Virus record (IMG/VR): IMGVR_UViG_2775507207_000001
Location: 1 to 64,000 of that record
Length of the DNA stretch: 64,000 bases
Origin: a virus
Taxonomy: Duplodnaviria > Caudoviricetes
Strand: one strand, 5' to 3'
Shown: positions 39,056 to 46,380 of the stretch, piece by piece
How the letters are laid out: each line of letters begins with the position of its first letter
Numbering within the stretch: the stretch's first letter is position 1
Notes under the pieces: model-generated
What the model was told of the DNA's origin: nothing
What the model saw: only the letters and a program-made list of their open reading frames with translations
Databases searched by the model: none
Made by a program: the position numbers and the translations under genes

Positions 39056-39106
39056 AGGTACGATCAAGGCATGCGCCGCAACGCGGCGCATGCCTTGATC
39101 GTACCT
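39056..39106. repeat. Perfect 24-bp inverted repeat with 3-nt loop
   Basis: AGGTACGATCAAGGCATGCGCCGC-aac-GCGGCGCATGCCTTGATCGTACCT. Confidence 0.95.
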
Positions 39107-39126
39107 ATGCACAAAAACTACCTAAC

Positions 39127-39154
39127 AAAAAACCCCGCATTTGCGGGGTTTTTT
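39127..39154. terminator. Bidirectional intrinsic terminator
   Basis: A-run, CCCCGCA-tt-TGCGGGG, T-run. Confidence 0.8.
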
Positions 39155-39168
39155 GGCGAAATAGGCTG

Positions 39169-39483
39169 TCAGGCTATTGCCCGTTCCTCTTTCAATTGAT
39201 GTGCTCTATCGTTAATCACGAACTTGATAATCGACTTGACATCATCAGGGCAGTTCTTAAACGAAATATGCGACAGAACGGTGCGACCACGTTTAAGGAT
39301 CAGCCCACCGATCAGTTCGTCCACGAAGGACTGTGTGGCATCTTTGCCCGAAAAATCGATTGCAACATTCTGGCCGGTTTCCAGGCATCGTTCGATTTCC
39401 TTTCGAAACGGCGTGGCAGATGCCCTCATACCCAGCGTGCGGATGCTTTCTGATCCTTTCGCTAAGATGATTTGAGTTTGCAT
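39169..39483 (-). CDS. STAS-like domain protein (DUF4325-like)
   Basis: LGMRASA, VAIDFSG...TQSFVDELIG pattern. Confidence 0.8.
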   Translation of the reverse strand: MQTQIILAKGSESIRTLGMRASATPFRKEIERCLETGQNVAIDFSGKDATQSFVDELIGGLILKRGRTVLSHISFKNCPDDVKSIIKFVINDRAHQLKEERAIA

Positions 39484-39582
39484 GGCGCTTCCCTCGGCAA
39501 TTTTATGCGTTGTACAAAATTTATCGTACGCATCAGTGAAAATATTAGCTAGATCTATCTGGTAAGTAAATTGACGCTAGGA

Positions 39583-40614
39583 TCACTCAAAACTGATGTC
39601 GTCATCGACTGCATCCTCTACATCAGGCAGCAGCGCAGCAATTGTGATCTGCGGCAATTTGTCGCGGTTGCAGTGAAAAGAGATAGCAACCCCTTTCCAG
39701 GGAGCATTTTCCAACCGCACTGCGTCGTCCGTTTTTGTGTTCAAGCAAGCGTCTCCGCTTGCTATTACGAGAAAGCCATCAGCTGCCTGAGCAATTCTAG
39801 CTGTTGTTGTCAAACCTACACCTTGATTTTGGCTATCTCCTTCATAGCCAACCAACGGCCCCCGATTACAACTGACGCGAGCGACCAGCGCTGCACGGAT
39901 AGCAGCTGAATCAGTTCGTTCCTTAAGCTGAGCGTGCCCTCGGAGGGTTGCAAGGAAGCCACAACCGTTGTCAACGATAGCTAGTCTTACGTCTCCATTT
40001 GACTGGAAGTGTTGACATGCGACCCATACCGAAGCCTGAAAATTCCCTTCTTTTTTTGCATGAGAAAGCGCATTTTCTAGGAGTTCTTTTAGCGCGTATT
40101 CAATCGGGCGCCTGTATGAGTCCATTTCTTCTTGAGTTCGCTCCTCCGCCTCTCCAACCATGGCAACTGCGAGACGCGATGCAATCTCTTCAGATTGGCC
40201 ATTGACGACCTTAACCAGCTCAACACATCGATCCGGTTCACCCTGAGGGTTTCTTGCAGTCTCGACATCAATACCGTCAACGCTCAAACCTCCGAAAAAC
40301 TCCATCCTGATCAGATAATCAAGTAGGTGCTGTTGCATCCAGCGCACATGAAAAGTTTTATCGATAGCTGACTCGAGAGTGGCACGGAGCAAAGCCAGAC
40401 CCAACGGATCGACAAACGAAAGCGTCGATGCGTCCAGAATCACATCCCCATCACGATTGGCGATTTGTGAACAGAACTCAAAAATCAAGCCCGGCTCTGA
40501 GTCGCTTAGCGTTCGAGGGAAATAGATAACATCTTCCGTTGTGAGTACATCCTGCTCGACCACACTCAAATCCTTGAAAAATTTTGGCGACAGACTATAT
40601 CGATGTGCCAGCAT
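39583..40614 (-). CDS. STAS-like N-terminus fused to a GHKL/histidine-kinase-like ATPase
   Basis: VILDASTLSFVDPLGL; N-box ELLENALSHA; G1 DNGCGF; G2 GVGL. Confidence 0.82.
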   Translation of the reverse strand: MLAHRYSLSPKFFKDLSVVEQDVLTTEDVIYFPRTLSDSEPGLIFEFCSQIANRDGDVILDASTLSFVDPLGLALLRATLESAIDKTFHVRWMQQHLLDYLIRMEFFGGLSVDGIDVETARNPQGEPDRCVELVKVVNGQSEEIASRLAVAMVGEAEERTQEEMDSYRRPIEYALKELLENALSHAKKEGNFQASVWVACQHFQSNGDVRLAIVDNGCGFLATLRGHAQLKERTDSAAIRAALVARVSCNRGPLVGYEGDSQNQGVGLTTTARIAQAADGFLVIASGDACLNTKTDDAVRLENAPWKGVAISFHCNRDKLPQITIAALLPDVEDAVDDDISFE

Positions 40615-40681
40615 CCATTCAATGAGTTGCAGACTGTAAGCTCGTCTGGCCGATGAGTGGCCTCAATCATTTACGCTTATG

Positions 40682-40697
40682 CTGTATGAATATACAG
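40682..40697. promoter_or_regulatory. LexA box about 70 bp upstream of the GHKL gene
   Basis: CTGT-ATGAATAT-ACAG. Confidence 0.75.
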
Positions 40698-41000
40698 GAT
40701 TTTGCAATCAATGAATGGCTATATTTTGGCTTTCAGATTTTGAGCACCTATCCCAGTCTGCTACCAGCATTTTTTAGAGAGGTGCCTCAAGCGAGTGGGC
40801 ATATTCGAGAATCTTGCGGACCCGAAGTGACGCGACCATGAACTCTGTGCGTAGTGGCGGGATGATCAAGGACTGGTTGCTTAGGAATTGCTACGGGAGC
40901 TGATGCGCTACGCCTTGTATGCAGAGCCTGCTCAACATTTGGGGAGGACTATGTCCAATACATCATCGAAGCAAGGTACAGACTGAATTGACCGAACCCC

Positions 41001-41165
41001 ATGGGGCAAAAATGGGGCAAACCGTACGCCAATCTATGCCATTCAATGCCAATTATGCATTTATGCAACCCTGTGTGATCTAGCTGTATAGCCAGAAAAC
41101 ACGGGGCTGTCCTTCAAAATACCCCACATACCCCTACACAATCGGGGTGTGGGAGGACAGATCGG
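41001..41165. other. Right attachment junction: tandem arm-type repeats and core within mutS 5' codons
   Basis: ATGGGGCAAA at 41001 and 41012; similarity to MutS stops abruptly near 41141. Confidence 0.75.
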
Positions 41166-41181
41166 AGGTGTTTTTACTCAT
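41134..41181 (-). pseudogene. mutS: Orphaned 5' end of mutS (MSKNTSDLSSHTP then IV-stop)
   Basis: Matches the Pseudomonas MutS N-terminus up to the conserved HTPMMQQY; position next to prtR/tailocin fits the known mutS-cinA locus. Confidence 0.85.
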
Positions 41182-41282
41182 TGGGTAATAGGCAAATTCG
41201 TTGAAAGTGATGGGGCAAAGGGGGCGCGTGGTCCAGTGTCGATCAGTTTAGAAAGGCGCACGTCAAAACAAAGCAGGTCGAA

Positions 41283-41380
41283 TGTGGGAGCTGTCGAGCT
41301 TCAGCGAGGCTGCGATGGGATCACCGCCCTGTACCGGCGGGCCGAAGCACCCGCATCGCTGAAGTTCAAAAGCTCCACAC
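41283..41380. repeat. Degenerate REPIN/REP doublet
   Basis: TGTGGGAGCT...CTTCAGCGA / TCGCTGAAG...AGCTCCACA inverted arms. Confidence 0.6.
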
Positions 41381-41505
41381 CTTGCCCAATCGTGGTCGCT
41401 TAACTGATCGGCATTGGGCGCTTGGCCCAGCATTTTTTGCGATGGGCGCAAGGTTAACATGCGAAGTCGACCCTTCGCAGGTCGCAAACGACCCGGTAGA
41501 AATAG

Positions 41506-41551
41506 AAGAAGGGGCGGCGCATTTATCAAAATATGCCGCCCCCTTCTTTTT
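41506..41551. terminator. Terminator downstream of the DUF3077-like gene
   Basis: AGAAGGGGCGGC...GCCGCCCCCTTCT hairpin. Confidence 0.6.
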
Positions 41552-41560
41552 ATCGCCCCT

Positions 41561-41842
41561 TTACTGAATGTTGCCGGGCGAATCCAACACCTTCACCACA
41601 TCATCAACTACCGCCTTGACCATCTCCTGCAAGTAGTGCGACGCCCACGCATAACGGTCCGTCTCCTTGGTCATCGCCGCATCTTCTGCGAGCAGCTTGG
41701 CGACATGGAGAAGATCGGAGGCGTGGTGCAGGGCTTCTTGCAGGGAAACACCGCTGTTGACGCGGAATAGAGGTTGGTCGGAGTGAAAGGAGAAGGGGGT
41801 GACGCCGAGGGTGGTTAACGCAGGCGGATTTGTAGCGGTCAT
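41561..41842 (-). CDS. DUF3077-like protein
   Basis: LFRVNSGVSLQEALHHAS.LL...HYLQEMVKAVVD pattern; GGGAG RBS. Confidence 0.75.
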   Translation of the reverse strand: MTATNPPALTTLGVTPFSFHSDQPLFRVNSGVSLQEALHHASDLLHVAKLLAEDAAMTKETDRYAWASHYLQEMVKAVVDDVVKVLDSPGNIQ

Positions 41843-41896
41843 CGGTAAAACTCCCATATCAAGTGAGAGCTACCACGTTCGTTATCAGGCGAATGG

Positions 41897-41976
41897 GGTG
41901 GCAGCTGTGCGCAGGCTGATAAACCGGAGATACAGGAACCCGGCAGACCCGAAGGTCTCCCACGCACAGCCGCCAT
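41897..41976 (-). ncRNA. C4-type antisense RNA (P1 C4 / P4 CI-like)
   Basis: Multi-stem TGGCGGCTGTGCGTGGG-AGACCTTCGGGTCT-GCCGG...TTTATCAG-CCTGCGCACAGCTGCCA; complementary CTGATAA copies upstream (~42053) and downstream (~41881). Confidence 0.75.
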
Positions 41977-42255
41977 TGCACGAAATGAGGGGCGAAAAAA
42001 AACGCCTGCAAATCGGGTTTGGTGGCGCTTGTTGCGCCTGCATCTTGACGGGTTATCAGGCCCGGTCGCTGAATTGGCAGCGACGAATGGAAGGGTAGCG
42101 TGGTGATAGGGAGGGTGCAACTGGGAAACTGTGTCCTGGAAATAAATGCGTCCGCTTTTCTCCAGTAGGCAGCATTGGAGAAACACCCCTCCTAGAACGA
42201 TGTGGCAGGTAATATCATGATTCGACTAGTTTGAACTTCGCAACCTGGAAAATTT

Positions 42256-42804
42256 ATGACGAGTACCCTGAAGTATCAGATTCTTGCTGGGCTACCGGGC
42301 GAAGGGCCTCTTCCTTTGCAGTTCAGCGCTACCGGCCAAGGGCACCATAGTGAAGGATTCGTCATCAGGTTCTCGCCAGAGGCGAAGCCTTCTTGGGTGG
42401 GGAATTTTCAGCCGGGTTTTTGCCGCTTCAGTTGCGTTCTGACGCTGGGTTCAACTTTTCATGTGATGATAGTTGCCGGTGGTCAGGGTTATATCGTGGA
42501 CATTCGTAGCGGCGTTCTCTTGAAGCATTTCGGTGGCGATATCGAGTACTTGGTCAGCATTCCAGAATTAGACAGCATCCTTGTTTCAAATGGGGTGTGG
42601 CTCAGGCTTGTTAAAGGCGAGGCTGAGGTCTGGTGCTCTGAGCGCCTGTCTCTGGACGGGATTAGAAATATCCAAATCTCGCTCGCGGATGGGATCATTA
42701 CAGGGGAGGGATGGTATGTAGACGATTGCTGGTATCCGTTCAAAGTCTGCATCTCCTCGGGTGAAGCTACGGGAGGAGTTTTCGAGTCGCTTGACTTCAG
42801 CTAA
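42256..42804 (+). CDS. Hypothetical protein (beta-rich orphan)
   Basis: 182-aa stand-alone ORF; no family recognised. Confidence 0.7.
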   Translation: MTSTLKYQILAGLPGEGPLPLQFSATGQGHHSEGFVIRFSPEAKPSWVGNFQPGFCRFSCVLTLGSTFHVMIVAGGQGYIVDIRSGVLLKHFGGDIEYLVSIPELDSILVSNGVWLRLVKGEAEVWCSERLSLDGIRNIQISLADGIITGEGWYVDDCWYPFKVCISSGEATGGVFESLDFS

Positions 42805-43088
42805 GTCCATTTCTGCGTTTCTGAATGATTAGCTACCGGCCGCTCTGGAAGCAGTTCGCGCCGAATCACCAAGCAGTAACACCGCCATAACTCAGCGATT
42901 CATCGTTCTGATCACTCTTTTTTTCCAGCGCCATTTTTACAACCTGTCACGTTGGGATAAGGCAGGCAGACCAGAATCATTTTACTCTTCGGTTCAAAGC
43001 CGATGCGATCAATGCCGGGAAGGTGATGATCTGGCTTTTCGCAGCATATTAATCCTTCAAAGTTGGAATGACTGCGCGGTCCAATAGG

Positions 43089-43460
43089 CTATTTTGACCT
43101 ACGCCCACTAGCCGGAAACAACCCTCGGATCACCCCAAGAAACGCCGCAAACAGATTGATTGAAGTCGCCGTAGTGATAGCAATCAACACATTGTCCGAG
43201 AACGGCGCTTTGCCCGAGTAATACGTCGACCACCCATTCCACACCAGTAAAACCGCCCAGAAGATCACACCACAAGCGGCAAACCAAAACGCCCGACCCG
43301 CATATTTCTTGCGCAGTTGCCTTTCGGCCTTCTGGTCTTTGAGGTTCTGGTTTCTTTCATCGTCGGTGCCTATGGCTTGCTCGCCACCGGCTTGGGTGTC
43401 CTGGTCAGGCCCTGCCGCGGGGGGCAGGGTGAGTTCCAGGTTGTCGAGTTCTTCACTCAC
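43089..43460 (-). CDS. 2-TM membrane protein, putative toxin partner of Panacea
   Basis: GTG start overlaps the Panacea 3' end; acidic N-terminus plus two TM helices. Confidence 0.72.
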   Translation of the reverse strand: MSEELDNLELTLPPAAGPDQDTQAGGEQAIGTDDERNQNLKDQKAERQLRKKYAGRAFWFAACGVIFWAVLLVWNGWSTYYSGKAPFSDNVLIAITTATSINLFAAFLGVIRGLFPASGRRSK

Positions 43461-43941
43461 GGATGCGGCTCTTTGGGTGAATGAGTGTTGCCATGTCTTC
43501 CCAGTCGATGGCGGAACCGTCGGCGCCCTTGAGGGCCCAGGCTGTGCCGTCCTCGTGGGAGAGGTTGGACAGTTGGGTGCCAGACCACTTGCCGTATTTG
43601 TTGATGATCCGGTCAATCAAACGATGGGTGTAGGTGTCGCTCTCAGGCACTCTCGGTGTCACGAACACAATATCTTCGGCGTCGGGCTTCAGATTGCTGA
43701 GCAACGACGTCACCGGACGATTACCGTAGGATTTCAACTCATGGTAAAGCGACGGGATGACCGGACCATATTGCCAGCGGGCAAAGTGATCATCCATAAG
43801 GGGCTGATCCCGTTCGCGCAAATGCCAGGACTGCGTATAAAACAGCAGTTTTTGCAGCTTCATGGGCGTCAGGCCCGAAAGCTTGCCTTCCTTCGCACGT
43901 TCAATGAAGGCGTTAGCGACAGCTAGCGCTGAATAAGCCAT
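43453..43941 (-). CDS. Panacea (DUF4065/SocA-like) antitoxin-domain protein
   Basis: LTPMKLQKLLFY, WQYGPVIPSLY, LSNLSH...AW. Confidence 0.9.
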   Translation of the reverse strand: MAYSALAVANAFIERAKEGKLSGLTPMKLQKLLFYTQSWHLRERDQPLMDDHFARWQYGPVIPSLYHELKSYGNRPVTSLLSNLKPDAEDIVFVTPRVPESDTYTHRLIDRIINKYGKWSGTQLSNLSHEDGTAWALKGADGSAIDWEDMATLIHPKSRIRE

Positions 43942-44062
43942 GAGCACCTCCGTCGTTGCTGGCTACGTTGTCCAAGAGTTTTATACATAGGCCTTGAGTT
44001 GTCGACATGCAAGGTGTCGACCGGCAGCAATACCAAGCTGTCGGATAATAGAGCGTCGATAA

Positions 44063-44078
44063 CTGGTTGCATATACAG
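44063..44078. promoter_or_regulatory. LexA-like box between the Panacea operon and prtR
   Basis: CTGG-TTGCATAT-ACAG. Confidence 0.6.
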
Positions 44079-44174
44079 TATTTTGATTCAAGTTAAGTGA
44101 AAGACGCGTGTTTAATGCATAAATATGCAAATTAGCATTTGCCAACCCCAAAAACTCCCGTCACTATCCGCGCT

Positions 44175-44909
44175 ATGCAAAAACGCAACGTTTCTATCGT
44201 CTTAAGAGAGCTGCTGGACCGCGACCGGATCTCCCCCACGGAGCTTCACCGGCGCACTGGCGTGCCTCAATCCACACTGTCCCGGATCCTCAGCGGCAAG
44301 ATCGTTGATCCGTCGGATAAACACATCTCCCGTATCGCCGAGTATTTCCGCGTGAGCACTGATTACCTGCGCGGGCGCGCGGCAGTGGGTGCTTTGCGCG
44401 ATGACGGGCGTGACCCGATGCATTCGGAACTCAAGGACATAAGCCTGTGGGACGACGACACCCCCGTTAATGATGACGAGGTGTCGATCCCCTTTCTGCG
44501 CGAGGTTGAATTGGCTGCTGGATCAGGAAGATTCGTCATCGAGGAAAGCGAGAAGGCCAGCCTGCGGTTCGGCAAGCGCAGCCTGCGGCATAACGGTGTG
44601 CAGTTCGACCAGGCCAAGTGCGTGACGGTACGCGGCAACAGTATGTTGCCGGTGTTGCGCGACGGCGCCACGGTAGGGGTGAATGCCGGCAAGAGCGGCA
44701 TTGGCGATATCGTCGATGGTGACTTGTATGCCATCAATCACAACGGCCAGTTGCGGGTTAAACAGCTCTACCGCCTGCCTTCCGGCATTCGCCTGCGCAG
44801 CTTCAATCGTGATGAGCACCCCGATGAGGACTACAGCTTCCAGGAGATCCAGGATGAGCAGATCAGTATCCTCGGTCATGTTTTCTGGTGGGGCATGTAC
44901 GCCCGCTAA
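44175..44909 (+). CDS. prtR: PrtR-like tailocin repressor (HTH plus S24)
   Basis: HTH VPQSTLSRILSG; AAGSG cleavage site; GNSM; VKQL. Confidence 0.9.
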   Translation: MQKRNVSIVLRELLDRDRISPTELHRRTGVPQSTLSRILSGKIVDPSDKHISRIAEYFRVSTDYLRGRAAVGALRDDGRDPMHSELKDISLWDDDTPVNDDEVSIPFLREVELAAGSGRFVIEESEKASLRFGKRSLRHNGVQFDQAKCVTVRGNSMLPVLRDGATVGVNAGKSGIGDIVDGDLYAINHNGQLRVKQLYRLPSGIRLRSFNRDEHPDEDYSFQEIQDEQISILGHVFWWGMYAR

Positions 44910-44926
44910 CCTCCACGCGTAAGAAG

Positions 44927-44953
44927 AAACCCGCCCATGTGCGGGTTTTTTTT
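44927..44953 (+). terminator. prtR terminator
   Basis: AAACCCGC-ccatgt-GCGGGTTT followed by a T run. Confidence 0.8.
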
Positions 44954-44996
44954 CGCCCCTAAAAAACCGGCCAAGCCCAAGCCCGCAAGGCTTCCA

Positions 44997-45069
44997 ATGC
45001 ATTAATGCATTTCCATGGTAAAAATAAATGCATCTGTGCATTGACTGTATATGCATACATGCATATTCT
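44997..45069 (+). promoter_or_regulatory. Tailocin promoter with three ATGCA-N4-TGCAT operators
   Basis: TTGACT (45041)-N17-TATTCT (45064); palindromes at 44997, 45028, 45051; related site at 44125 upstream of prtR. Confidence 0.8.
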
Positions 45070-45075
45070 TCACCT

Positions 45076-45430
45076 CAAGCCAGCCAACAAGGCCTGGTGG
45101 AGGCGGCAAGGATGCTGCCAAGGAAGACAAGGAAGGCACGCAACATCGGCAAGGACGCCATCGAAGCGATGGCAGGGATGCCAGGCAACACCGGCAAGGA
45201 TGCCGACGCTCTTTAGTTTCAACGCTTCAACAACAGGCAGCGATGAACCGGCCTTAACGGTTCAGAGGGTTGGCAACTGACCCGGGTGTGCAGCGTAAAG
45301 CACCAGAAGCAGTTATCCGGCAGACAGGGATCGTGGTCGGAAAAACATCGAGGAAAGGACCGTACCGCGCCAGTAGCGCCGAAAGTCCGAGGACAGCATT
45401 ACTGAAAAGCCCGGGCGACCGGGCTTTTTG
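45076..45430 (+). ncRNA. Candidate GGA-rich leader/sRNA (Rsm-sponge-like) ending in an intrinsic terminator
   Basis: About 12 GGA motifs, four in GGC-A(A/G)GGA(T/C)-GC(C/T) hairpin loops; boxA-like GCTCTTTA at 45208; terminator AAAAGCCCGG-gcga-CCGGGCTTTTT. Confidence 0.6.
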
Positions 45431-45499
45431 GAATGCCTACCTACCCAAGCATTTGTAAATGAAATACGGACTATTTATTGCTCAGCCAGGAGGCGTGAC

Positions 45500-45838
45500 A
45501 TGACAAATGAACAGCAAGCGTTAGCGGAAATGCCTATCTGGCTGGTGATCGTATTGGCGGTGATCGGCGGGGTCTCAGGTGAAATGTGGCGCGCCGATAA
45601 AGAAGGCGCACGTGGCTGGTCGCTGATCCGCCGATTGGCCCTGCGTTCCGGGGCGTGCATGGTCTGTGGGGTGTCGGCCCTGATGCTGTGCTACGCCGCC
45701 GGCATGTCGATCTGGACCGCCGGCGCCATTGGTTGCCTGACCGCCATGGCCGGTGCCGACGTGGCCATCGGCCTTTATGAGCGATGGGCGGCCAAGCGCA
45801 TCGGGATCAACCAAGGCTCCGGCCAGGACCCGCACTAA
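45500..45838 (+). CDS. hol: Tailocin holin
   Basis: Multi-TM, GGAGG RBS, first gene of the operon. Confidence 0.9.
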   Translation: MTNEQQALAEMPIWLVIVLAVIGGVSGEMWRADKEGARGWSLIRRLALRSGACMVCGVSALMLCYAAGMSIWTAGAIGCLTAMAGADVAIGLYERWAAKRIGINQGSGQDPH

Positions 45839-45861
45839 TCGTTGCAAGGACGCGACTTAAA

Positions 45862-46377
45862 ATGACGTTTATCGAAAAGCCATCCCAACTGCCCCAAGCC
45901 ATCGGCGCGGTGCTGCATGCGGCCTTCCCGGACATCAAGGTCGGCAGTCACCAGGACTTTCAAGGCGATGCTGAACAAACCGGCGTAATGGTTACGGTCG
46001 AAGGCAATGGCCCGGGCATTCGTTCTCGCGAGGGGCGCAAGGCCCACGTTCTGGCCATTTCACTCAGGGCCATGGTCGCCCCCGGTGCATTGCCGTTCGA
46101 CGCCTGCGACCTGGCCAGCCAACTCATGGACCTGGTGCTGGATAACCGTTGGAACCTACCCCAGGCACAGTGCGATTTGCCGGCGAATATCGTCGCTGCG
46201 CCCGCTGTGCGCACGTCCGTGCAAACGGACTACGACACCTGGACGGTTTCCTTCACGCAAACCCTCTATCTGGGGCCGACGTTACTCGACGATCCCACAG
46301 GCCAACCGCTATTTGCCTGCACCTGGGACGTCTCCAACATCGACGACCCGGCCCAATACAAGCCACTGGCGGAGTAG
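45862..46377 (+). CDS. Putative tail terminator/completion protein
   Basis: WTVSFTQTLYLG, similar to the prophage gene at 20974. Confidence 0.6.
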   Translation: MTFIEKPSQLPQAIGAVLHAAFPDIKVGSHQDFQGDAEQTGVMVTVEGNGPGIRSREGRKAHVLAISLRAMVAPGALPFDACDLASQLMDLVLDNRWNLPQAQCDLPANIVAAPAVRTSVQTDYDTWTVSFTQTLYLGPTLLDDPTGQPLFACTWDVSNIDDPAQYKPLAE

Positions 46378-46380
46378 CCC

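Larger units (their letters stand above)
1..41165. mobile_element. Temperate prophage (lambda-like head, P2-like contractile tail) integrated in the 5' end of mutS; left end and integrase outside the window
   Basis: Ordered modules: xis, early genes, CI/Cro, replication, packaging, head, tail, lysis. Right end has ATGGGGCAAA arm-type repeats next to a truncated mutS start. Confidence 0.92.

Noticed and set aside
39056-39106. Retron msd or protelomerase target
   Set aside because: No reverse transcriptase or protelomerase gene in the window; kept only as an unexplained hairpin.
40700-41000. Possible decayed gene after the LexA box
   Set aside because: Only short interrupted frames; no family assignable. 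It remains possible that the LexA box served this remnant rather than the GHKL gene.
41100-41200. tRNA or tmRNA as the integration target
   Set aside because: No cloverleaf or T-arm/CCA motif; the junction matches mutS codons instead.
41839-42186. 115-aa minus-strand ORF containing MAAVRGRPSGLPG
   Set aside because: Coincides with the C4-type RNA structure and has no clear RBS, so not called, although a short leader peptide cannot be excluded.
42830-43050. Possible pseudogene fragment on the minus strand
   Set aside because: Multiple stops and no recognisable motif.
45100-45210. GGCAAGGATGCC repeats as a mini-CRISPR, or short ORFs (45005-45280 etc.) as genes
   Set aside because: Repeats are ~12 nt with irregular spacing; the ORFs lack convincing RBS or protein character. 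An RNA-structure explanation fits better.
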